NCBI RefSeq assembly: GCF_902652985.1
Contig: NC_047025.1
Span: forward strand, 29,326,001 to 29,390,000
Source of the DNA: Pecten maximus
Taxonomy: Eukaryota
Direction: 5' to 3'
Length of the DNA stretch: 64,000 nt
A program made the translations under genes and the position numbers. This document shows positions 23,665 through 35,600 of the stretch, piece after piece (the first letter of the stretch is position 1; each line of letters starts with the position of its first letter). Below the pieces are notes generated by a model. That model saw only the letters and a list, made by a program, of their open reading frames with translations, did no database searches and had not been told where the DNA came from.

Positions 23665-26600
23665 ATGGCGGCCTCCATGGATTCGGACGAAGAAGATTCG
23701 TTTGTCTCTCTAGGCAATGCTTTAGAACAAATTAACGAAGGTGAGTGAAACATGGATGAAGAAAACTGTTTCAAACTAGTCCTTTAATGGTTTTGTGTAT
23801 TCATGTCTCTACGTCAATGCCATATTTGATCAAGACATGGATATGTACATTCCTGCTGGGACTCTGTCACTGTGTGTTTCGGTGCCGAATGAATAACATA
23901 TTCTAAACCAATGCGTTTCGGTTCCATGGGAAGGCGTTTCTGTATTTTTGGAAGAAATCAGTTTCCAGACCCATCCATTCAATAACACACTTTTGAACCA
24001 CAGGTACTTGGGTCAGGATTTTATAAAATAATCACATTGCCCTCGTGAATAAAAAATAAATAATGATATTTAATGCTCTTGTAATAGGAGTGGAAAAATG
24101 CACGGCCAGACCGGGGTTCGAACCCGGGACCTCCGAACACTAGCCGGATGCTCTACCGATTGAGCTACCTGGTCGCCGATGATCGACCCGGTCCAGTTCC
24201 GCTACACTAGTACTCTTCCCTCCTATTTTTTTAAGTCTTCGACCCCGAAGATTCACAACCCAGGTGTCGGGTATCCCCTTGTCAAGTATTCACCTCACTT
24301 GAAACAAGGTTTGGTCACAGGCACCAAATGTAATAGGAGTGGGAAAATGCACGGCCAGACCGGGGTTCGAACCCGGGACCTCCCGAACACTAGCCGGATG
24401 CTCTACCGATTGAGCTACCTGGTCGCCGATGATCGACCCGTTCCAGTTCCGCTACACTCTGGCTTCACCCAGGGTCGATAAACGAGTGGAATCAATTAAA
24501 AAAAATAAAATCACTAAAAACTACATTCCTTAAAAACCATGCCTCCTCGATTGGTATCATTAGTTATTGACAGCTTTGGATGTGATTCTTGACCCCAGGT
24601 ACTGTGTGCTGAACCAGGGTCTTTCATTATTTTTTTAGAACGGATTGGTGTGGCATGTACATAGTATTAATATGACGTTTCTTTCACTCAGCTATCAGAC
24701 AGAGCATGCTTCTATCACGCTGGACACTCGGGGTGACCGTTCACAATTTTCTGTCGGTACATGTACACTTGACAGACATGTTTTTCCCCATTCACAATTC
24801 TTTCACCTTTTGTCATAAGCGCCTAGCTGCGATAATGTAGCTCTGGACGACGGGCAGACAATTTCTGACAGATGGTCGTCGGAGAGCAGTGTAGACAGGG
24901 TATGATTATTTGTTCTAATAAGCGCCCAGACTAAAATCTGAGGTGATGATTACCACCACCTAGGATTTTAGTCTGGGCGCTTATGAATATATTGAGAGTC
25001 TTGATTTGAAACTAATTTGGGAAATCACAAGAAATATTGAGAGTAAGTGTAAAGAGCCACCAAAAGAGCCCATTCTCTAAAGAACCTCCCATATAATGTC
25101 GGACTATATGACACTAGGCTTACTTAGTGCACTGGAATACAGAAGAGACCGCAATGAGCCAGTAAAGGTTTTTGAAATAATTAACAACTTTGACATACGT
25201 GAAAAAGATAAACTATTCACCTTTGCACAAACAACAACTTGGGGAAACAATAAAAAACTATTTAAAAAACAGCAGAACCAGGGTCACCCAAAGCATTTTT
25301 AGTAGAGAGTGGTAGATTCTTTGAACTCCATTAATTAATATAAGCTTCCTAATTCCATAGTAGTCCCAACTCTTACTGTTTTAAATCTCAGCTAAACACC
25401 TTTTGGAAAAATATGCTACAAGTACATTGTATTTTCTATATCAGATGAGTCTAGAAAGAAACTGGTGTTTGCTCAGGAGCAACAAGCCAAGGATAGTAGA
25501 GGTCGTCCTCGGTTCCATGGAGCATTTACAGGAGGCTTCTCAGCTGGCCACTTCAACTCTGTGGGATCCAAGGAGGGTAAGTTAATTGTCAGGACATAAG
25601 TATTAAACTGAGAGAGAGCAGCAACATCTATTCTAAATACCCCACAAGTCTACCGTCTAGGTCCAAACGATATTCCAATCACAATATTTAGATAATTAGA
25701 TAAAGACAACTAGAGACACTGACAACTAACACAGAAAGTTCAGCAATTCATAATGACTAATAGATTGTTTACATCTGTCAAGACATACAACTGGGTGACT
25801 TGATATGAGGCAAAACTCCAACAGCGACTAATTTATGTCGAATTTAGGTTGTGTAATCAAACAGTCAGAATATCTGAAGCCTAGCAGATGAACCACAACA
25901 CATGTTTATGAATATAGCTGGATGTTGGTTCGTTAAGAATCTCTCCATCTGGAGATTTTTTCTCTTCTGGTTGTATAGATATTCAGAATAACAATATCTT
26001 GTCTGTTTTGTCTGGTACCAGAAAAAGAGTATATCCTCACCAATTGTAATTATTTAAAATAAAAATGTTGGTTGGTAAAGACTGTAATATATCCATAGGA
26101 GAAATGAATCAAATGTGTTACAGTTTTAGCCATCTGAATTAACAGTAGGATAAACACCTCTTGATGGAATGTTGTTTTTATTGACTTTCTTAGGTCTACC
26201 AAAATGGAAACCAAGCTTCAGGATATGGGGAATATGAATTTTCGAGAGAAAAATGTGTAAAACAATGAAATATCTAGTGGTATTACCAATAACTTATACA
26301 TAATTTTCCATTTATTCCTGTGTCAAACTTAACATTGTCTAGAGGTATAAGCCAACCTTGTGTGGTTCTGTCCAGGTTTCAGGCCATCAACTTTTGTGTC
26401 GTCCCGGAACAAGAAGTATGAGGATGAGGAACAAGGGCAAAGGCCAGAGGACTTCATGGATGAAGAGGTAATATTTTTTTTAGAAAGCCTGAATTATTCT
26501 TCAGCTTTGCTTACTGTGCTTACTGTTTGTTTTAACAAAGGTGAAACAAGGTAGATTTTTGGTTCCTCTCCACAATTTCCTCTTTTTCTTCTTTTGTTCT

Positions 26601-29600
26601 AAATGATTAAAAGTTCATAAAATTCATTAATGTGTCAAAATATTGTGACACTTCCAAAGCGCTATTATAGAAATAGGACTAAGAAGAAGGCAATGGAAGG
26701 GGCATTGTCTTGTGATGCTTCCACCATTTTTTTCTTGGGTTCCACTATACCAGTCTTATTTTTGATAGACTTAACTATGGATACGTTTACCCTTTTTTGG
26801 CCCATACAACCTTTATAGTGTTGATAGGCCGTTAAGAATTTATATCTATAACTTATACATTTATACCAATAATAGTTTAAGGTGAATCCCTGTCTCCTAT
26901 GTATTCATATCAGAATAGATCCAATAAAGGAACACTAAAAGCTGCGACTTTTTAAACGGTTTTTAATTGTTACACTGATGATTTCCATTTTTCCAGGACT
27001 TCAGTGAGTATGGTATAGCCCCACGGAAGCTGGTAACAGCCGGGAAATTTGGATCACAGGAGAGGAGAAAACGACAGCTGGATGAGGTCAAGGTCATGAC
27101 GACTGGAACATTGTTTAGTGGGGAACCTGCCCTTGCTGACCTTATCACCCCAGAAAGGTAAAAACAAAAAAGTGTGAAATAACTTAACCACCGATCCACA
27201 TCAATGATTTGGCAGTAGTGCTGATAAAGTTGATTGTAAGCTACAAATTAACTTGAACACGTTCTGTTAATGGATGTAAAAAAACCAACAACCCACCATT
27301 ACAGCCATACTAGCCCAGGTCTAGTGAATTTCCCACGACATTTCAGCAAATAAAGAAATATTTAAATTCAATTCTGTTCATGTTGTCGATTAAAACACAC
27401 TTTAAAACCTAAAAATTCTCTGCAATAATGTTACAACAATAAGAATCTGAATATATGGTGCCATTTGTGCCAAATCAATCATGCATGACCCCCAGTTATC
27501 ACAATGGTCATCATAGCTTTTCACATGTGTACTAAAAGTTAAAGTAAGCCGTAATATATAAAAAATATATTATATGATACAGAACCTTTCTGAATTTGTT
27601 GTTCATCTTCAGTTTTTCCAATTTTCACCACAGATCAATTGTTGGCTAGTAGTTTTTTAGTTTGGCTAGTAGAGTTTTGGTGTTTACTATCCCTGAGCTA
27701 GTGATTAGAACAGTTTTTTACATCCCTATTGTTGTGCTTTATTTATGTAGGTTGACTATTGGTGTTCGACTTTTGAGAAAACTTGGCTGGAAGGAAGGTC
27801 AAGGACTGGGTCCTCGTGAGCGAAGACAGAAAAAAAGAACAGTTCGCTCCAAACATGTGTTCAGTAAGACTATTATTCAAGACTTGGTTTGTTTCACTGC
27901 TGTTTATACTATTATTCAAGACTTGATTTGTTTCACTGCTAATTGTATAAACCGGGAATCACTCCTGGAGGGCAGTTTGAAAAATCTTTTATTATGAGGG
28001 CCATTTGAAAAATTCTTTCACTATACCCAACTCCATTACATACAGGCATTAAGATAACACAGCGCCTTGGCACACCTCTAAGGCATTTGCATAGCAATGC
28101 AAAAGAATTGAATGATATGCACACCTGACCAATGACTCAATTTTGAATACATAAATGAAGGTTGTGTCTAAATTTGACACGCACGTACAATGTGTTTTAA
28201 AACTCAGTGTGCCAGCCTGTTCACCAGACCTGTGGCCGTGTGACTTTTTCCTGTTTCCTTTACTGATTAAATTCTCCCTTGGAAAAAGCATTGGTCCAGA
28301 AGTGCTGCAATATTCCAATCTCTTGTTAATGTACCAAAGTACGACTACCACACAGATAGCATGATTGTAATTATTCAACAATATAAAGCATACATTTGAT
28401 TCATGACGTTCAGTACTGAGTTTATTGAATGGTTCTTAATGTTTAAAGATGTAACATCAACGACAGTATGTACTGCTTCTCGCAAAATTACATAAAATGA
28501 CACACACTGTATAGGAATTTGTCTTATTAAAACCAACAAACGAATAAAATAATTATAATACATGTATGTAGCAGCATAATGAAAACTGATAAGACTGAAA
28601 GTTTCCTACAAAATATAGAGGTGGAGCAAAATAGAATTTCTTCAGGATTCCATTATGCTATTAAATACGCAACAACCTTTTCTTGTTTTCAATTGATCAT
28701 AATTACTTTTTGTCAGAGTTATCGAACCTTTAAGTTCTTTGTACATGTACATAGATTTTGATATTGACAGAGATGAAAATGTTCAGCCTTTTTGAGAATA
28801 TCAGTGTAATGTAAACTTGTAATTTTTCCCATTGAAAAGATTGAGAAATCTAATTTTCAGCCTTTTTGCCCTTAGTCCATTTTCATCTCTGTATTGATGA
28901 TCTACCTTAATTTCACAGAGATTGGGAAGAAGTCAAATTCCTCTGCCCCTGCGGGTTCAACAGGTGTCGGTAAAAAGTCATATGGATGTGCTCCTCCTCC
29001 TCCTGGTTCATCTGCTGGACAGGACAATGTAAGTCTGTATAACTGTAATTTTCAGGATCCAACTTTAATTTGATGACTTAATATTTTCCATCTCAAAAAA
29101 AAAGAAAAAATGCTTGACATTAGTTTAGCTTACCATTTAAATGTATAATACATTTGGCATCTCTTTGACAGCTCTAATATAGCTTCAAAATTATTTCATA
29201 GTTTTGTTAAAATATGATCATAGTTTCATGTTAATAGATTTGAAATGCTTGAAGATGTATTTCAGTTAATTAAGATAGGACAATAAAATAAAAACAAAAT
29301 TCTTTTGTCAAGTCCCTCAAACTTTTTATAATGCTTTCACTGACTTGATTTAAAATCAGATTAGAGGTTAATTTCTAAGCTGTAATTATTATTTGCATTC
29401 AGCTCATTTTTACTGTCAGAAAATTTCATTTCTTTAAATGAAATATGTAAGCACAGAATTAATTTCTGTATATAATACTCTTTGTTATGCAGGGCTCTGA
29501 GGAGAGTGAAGATGACTTCCCAGAAGATTTGACCTTTGCCCCAAAGGACACTACACCTATTTCCTTTGTTGCTAAGGACAATGTGCATGGCCTTGGTTAC

Positions 29601-32600
29601 AGTGGCCTTAACCCCAGGGTGGCCTTGCCCTCTACCCATATCAATCTGATTGAACCCCCAACAACTTCTAAACGTAGTTATATGAGAGGACAAGTAAGTT
29701 AAACCTTGTATGTTCACAACAGTTAATCGGATAAATAATTAACTTATTTATATCACAAAGCAGTACAGCCGTCACCTTTCTGCAAATATTCAATACTAAG
29801 GTTTAAATCCATATGTGAATAAGCTCAACATGCTATTATGTATTTCATTCACATAAATATGGATAATTTTATAGGCATTTGGTGTTGGTGCACTAGAGGA
29901 TGAGGATGAGGACATCTACACCACGGATCATCTGTCAAACTATGATATCACCATGGAGATAGACTGAGGGCAAGGAGGAGCTGTATGGCTGGACTGCCCC
30001 AGGAAGGAACAAGGGAGGTAAGTCTTACTATCATCTGGCGATTAACCAGCAAGGGGATGTACGTAAATGAATATATATATATAGACCAGCCTCTATGGTC
30101 AAAACTGAGGTTATTGGTGTTATTGCTGGTGAAGTTTGATAATAGACTCCATTAAAGTTGGATATGGTAGTTTGGTATTTCTGTCAATCAAAGTTATTTA
30201 CACTAGTGATTATTTATTGGTGTAAGGGTGTTCTTATCGTCTTGTTTTAAGTATGACTATTCATGCAAATATTTGTTTGTCAAACCAATTACACTAAACA
30301 ATGAAATTGACGATTACCAAACATTTTCCACAGCTGGTTACATTGGTTGGTTCTACTTGATATTGTAAGTAATGATAATATCATCTGAGACTTTCATCTT
30401 TTATCCAGGTACACAGACAACACCTGTGGGTTACCTTGGAAAGATTTTAGAAGGTTTTACACTGTCCACTAAAAAGTTGAAGACCAAGAGAGGCTTCGGT
30501 CCACCTAACATTCCAAAGGACTTTCGACCCATACACAAGTTCATCCAGACACCACAGTCTGTCAATGAACACATTCGACAAGCACCATCAGGTTCAAAAA
30601 GACAAAGTGAGAGACAGAAAACTAAGATGGATGCTGTGTCTAGGGCGCTGGCACTCGGCGAGTCTCCTCTCACGGGTATGCTTCGTGTGTAATAGCATGT
30701 ATCAGTTGTCTTCTTTAGCAGAGTGTACAACTGTATATCAGTTATTTTATGAGCTTGCGAGAAGTCATAAAAAGTAAGAGTGTAAAGGAGGTTTGGAATA
30801 TTTAGAAACACTTTCTGTAACAAAAAAAGGAAGATGTCACCATATTTATCTTTCATCAGAAATTCATCTAAATTTGACTTCACTGTGTATGTTATAATGC
30901 CCTATAAGAAACCTTCATGTGTTGGATTTATTAACAGACTAATAGCCAGGTTTATAATTTAACAGGTTCAGTGTTTGATCTGATGTCTGACAAGGATAAA
31001 TCAAAACTGGATGTGATGAAGTCCACTTCATTGTCCTCTGACCAGAAGACGAGGACCTCCTCTACTGGGGTTATCTCCCCTGATAATGTTACTAATAACA
31101 CTCCTACTGCCAGTTCCCCTAGCCAGTCAGGTCAGCATAAAAGTCTACATAATGAGTCTATTAGACCAAGTCGGAATGAGGCACAGTCAGCAGAGGAAGT
31201 ACCTAAGGATCCATCGAGGTCACAGGCGCCATTGTTTCAGGCAGGAAGTTTTGGGTTTAAGCCTTTTGCAAAAGACCCAGCCAAACAGGAACGCTATGAC
31301 AAATTCATCGCTCTAAAAAAATTGGGAAAAACAGGTAAATTTTAATAGATAAAAAATCATTATATTTTACAAATTTCTATATTTATAAATTTAAAGGAAG
31401 ATATACGATTGGTTAAGTTTGTGTTACTGTGTCATACTATGAGTTTAATTACTGGTATATTTAGTGGTTCAGCCTTGTTTGGTGTTGTTATTGGAAAAGG
31501 TAAAAGTTATCTTCTGTCATGGTCAGAAGTTTTGTATGGCATTTCATATTTGAACAAGGTCATGATTATAAACAATGGAGTGAGTTGTTGATTAATCCAA
31601 TTATGGTGGAATTTTTCATATGTTGATATAGATGCTTATGAGGAGGTGACTGGTGATCACATGACAGAATGGGACAGAGGCCAGGAAAAGGAAGAGTTTA
31701 TTCGAGCCTCAAAGCTGTACAAACCTCTCCCAGGAATGATGGCATCACGTTTCACTTCTGCCAAGTACGACGATAGCACAGCCACAGTGGACGTCCCCAA
31801 GGACGAAGGGGTCAGTGAACTGTTAGGTCTAGGTCACAATAAGAGGTCAAATAACTTTATTTTGAAGTATGAATTAGTAATGCAGTCTGTGTTACCTGTT
31901 CAATGAAGGTAATCCTGTTCTATGACAATGCCAAATTGTATCTGTAGATATTGTTTCATATAATCAGCCAGTTCCACATGTGATATAGCCATATTGTAAG
32001 ACACTTGACTGTATAATAACATTATTGTGAGGTCATAGAAAGTTCTGGATGTCACATTAAATAAATGACGCAATGCAATTGTCTTTGTAGAGATATACAT
32101 ACTGTCTGATTGGGAATTGGTCAACCTTATTTAGAATTTAAGAGATTTTTTTTATTACATGCTCATGAATATGAGTTTATATGTGATAAACATAATCATA
32201 CATTCTTGTCCATGTCATATTGAATTTACTAAAGGCCTAAGAGTTCATGGAATATCATATTATTGAACTTGCTTAATAAATACCATATGACATAGCAACG
32301 GTTGTAGGACCCCTATATGTTTAATACATTCCATATGACATAGTCACCAGTGGAGGACCCCTGTACATATGTCACAATATTGTAGATGTGATTAGGACCA
32401 TTGCAGGTGGCTAACTTATACTGGTATTATTTAATCTATTTGATCTATTGAACTTGTTTTTGTTTCCAGGGAGAAAAGACTGACCAGATGAAGGCTGCAG
32501 AGATGAAGATGTATGGTCAGCTGACTCACGAGGAGTTTGAGTGGCATCCTCACAAACTGTTGTGTTGGAGATTTAATGTCCCCAACCCCTATACTGGGTA

Positions 32601-35600
32601 TGTTCAGTTTAACACAAATTGTTGTGTTAGAGATTTAACGTCCTTAACCCCTATACCGGGTATGTTCAGTTTCACACAAACTGTTGTGCTGGAGATTTAA
32701 CGTCCCCTCCCAATATACTAGGTATTTTCTGGGTCAAACCCCTTCCTCACACAAACTGTTGTGCTGGAGATTCAATGTCCCCAACCCCTATACTGGGTAT
32801 GTTCAGTTTGTCCCGACACTTCCCCACACAAACTGTTGGGCTGGAGATTTAACGTCCCCTCCCAATATACTAGGTATTTTCTGGGTCAAACCCCTTCCTC
32901 ACACAAATTATTGTGCTGGAGATTCAATGTCTCCACCCCCTATACTGGGTATGTTCTGTGTCTCCATCATTCCCCATACAAATTATTGTCATTGAGATTT
33001 AATGTCCCCAACCCACTAGGTATGTTCTGTGTGTCCCAACCCTTCCCCACAAAAACTGCTGCCATTGACATTCTGATTCAATGTCCCCAACCCCTATACT
33101 AGGTATATATTGTCATGGAGATTTACCTGGTAATGTCCCCAACCCCTATACTAGGTATATATTGTCATGGAGATTTACCTGGTAATGTCCCCAACCCCTA
33201 TACTGGGTATATATTGTCATGGAGATTTACCTGGTAATGTCCCCAACCCCTATACTAGGTATATATTGTCATGGAGATTTACCTGGTAATGTCCCCAACC
33301 CCTATACTAGGTATATATTGTCATGGAGATTTACCTGGTAATGTCCCAAACCCCTATACTAGATATATATTGTCATGGAGATTTACCTGGTAATGTCCCC
33401 AACCCCTATACTAGGTATATATTGTCATGGAGATTTACCTGGTAATGTCCCAAACCCCTATACTAGATATATATTGTCATGGAGATTTACCTGGTAATGT
33501 CCCCAACTTTTATACTAGGTATATATTGTCATGGAGATTTACCTGGTAATGTCCCCAACCCCTATACTGGTTATATATTGTCATGGAGATATACCTGGTA
33601 ATGTCCCCAACCCCTATACTAGGTATATATTGTCATGGAGATTTACCTGGTAATGTCCCCAACCCCTATACTAGGTATATATTGTCATGGAGATTTACCT
33701 GGTAATGTCCCCAACCCCTATACTAGGTATATATTGTCATGGAGATTTACCTGGTAATGTCCCAAACCCCTATACTGGTTATATGTAGTTTGTCCCGACA
33801 TTTCCCAATAACATTGGTGATCCTAGAGGCTCAGTTTTACTTCCCCCATACTGAGTAGACTGTCCGGTCCATGTGTAGAACTATTGAAGGATCCCTGTGT
33901 AACACTATTTGAGGATCCCTATGTAGAACTATTTGAGGATCCCTGTGTAGAACTATTGGACGATCCCTGTGTAGAACTATTGAAGGATCCCTGTGTAACA
34001 CTATTTGAGGATCTCTATGTAGAACTATTTGAGGATCCCTATGTAGATATATTGGAGGATCCCTATGTAGAACTATTTGAGGATCCCTGTGTAACACTAT
34101 TTGAGGATCTCTATGTAGAACTATTTGAGGATCTATGTGTATAACTATTTGAGGATCCCTGTGTTGAACTATTGGATGATCCCTGTGTAGATATATTGGA
34201 GGATCCCTGTGTTGAACTATTTGAGGATCCCTGTGTAGAACTATTGGAGGATCCCTGTGTAGAACTATTTGAGGATCCCTGTGTAGAACTATTTGAGGAT
34301 CTCTGTGTAGAACTATTGGAGGATCCCTGTGTAGAACTATTTGAGGATCCCTGTGTTGAACTATTTGAGGATCCCTGTGTAGAACTATTTGAGCTTCCTT
34401 GTGTAGAACTATTTGAGGATCCTTGTGTAGAACTATTTGAGGATCCCTGTGTAGAACTATTTGAGGATCCCTGTGTAGAACTATTTGAGGTTCCCTATGT
34501 AGAACTATTGGAGGATCCCTGTGTAGAACTATTTGAGGATCCCTGTGTAGAACTATTTGAGGATCCCTGTGTAGAACTGTTTGAGGATCCCTATGTAGAA
34601 CTATTTGAGGATCTCTATGTAGAACTATTTGAGGATCCCTATGTAGAACTGTTTGAGGATCCCTGTGTAGAACTATTTGAGGATCCCTGTGTAGAACTAT
34701 TTGAGGATCCCTATGTAGAACTATTTGAGGATCCCTATGTAGAACTGTTGGAGGATCTCTGTGTTGAACTATTTGAGGATCCCTGTGTAGAACTATTTGA
34801 GGATCCCTATGTAGAACTATTGGAGGATCCCTATGTAGAACTATTGGAGGATCTCTGTGTAGAACTATTTGAGGATCTCTGTGTAGAACTATTTGAGGAT
34901 CCCTGTGTTGAACTATTTGAGGATCCCTGTGTTGAACTATTGGAGATTCCTATGTAGAACCATTGTGGGTCTTTAAACTACCTTTAAATGAATTGAGTTC
35001 AAAGAGTCATGTCATTGTGAAGTGTGTGTATGGATTTTGTTTTGTATTATCCAGGTCCTCTATAGTGGGACTGCCCACAGTGAAGAGGGAGAAGTACTCG
35101 GTGTTTAACTTCCTGAACTTCTCACATGAACCAGAGTCTCAAACCTCACAGGACATGAAGGCATTGCCTGCCCCGCCTGTTCCTGATTCACCGACCGGTA
35201 AATACCTGATACACTCTGACAACACAATATCAAGGCTTTACACAGCCTTCCTATTCCAGATGCAAACACTGTACACTGTTTAAGAGACTGTTTAATATTT
35301 CCTAATATCATTCCACATAATCATTTCCATTTTCAAAGATGTAAAAATAATGATTTAAATATAAATACTATGAATAGCTCAGTACCCCTTCCCTATTATA
35401 CAAAGGAGAAGAACAAATATTCATGTACATAACATATTAATGGATTCATTAGCTGCTTCCCTCATCCACCTACCAATATTATGTACTTACCAAGTTCAAA
35501 GGTGCCCTGAAGCTTGCTCCCCATCTAATAGATGAATTCTTTGTGAGACCTTTCCATCTTGATCCACTCACTGTTAGTTTGTTTACTACATGAATAAGAT

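Larger units (their letters stand above)
23970..24650. mobile_element. Old TIR DNA element hosting the TRIM insertion
   Basis: Imperfect inverted arms CACAGGTACTTGGGTCAGGAT (about 23999-24019) and ATTCTTGACCCCAGGTACTGTG (about 24585-24606). Confidence 0.4.

Noticed and set aside
24103-24424. Pair of functional tRNA-Thr genes
   Set aside because: The acceptor stem is mismatched and the anticodon loop atypical. Both copies lie inside TG..CA LTRs with PBS, PPT and TSD.
29965-29967. Selenocysteine or read-through TGA in GPATCH1
   Set aside because: Downstream conserved residues are in a different frame, so this is a frameshift and read-through would not rescue it.
30431-30883. 150-aa antisense ORF
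   Set aside because: Shadow of GPATCH1 exon 9 plus intron, with no recognisable motifs.
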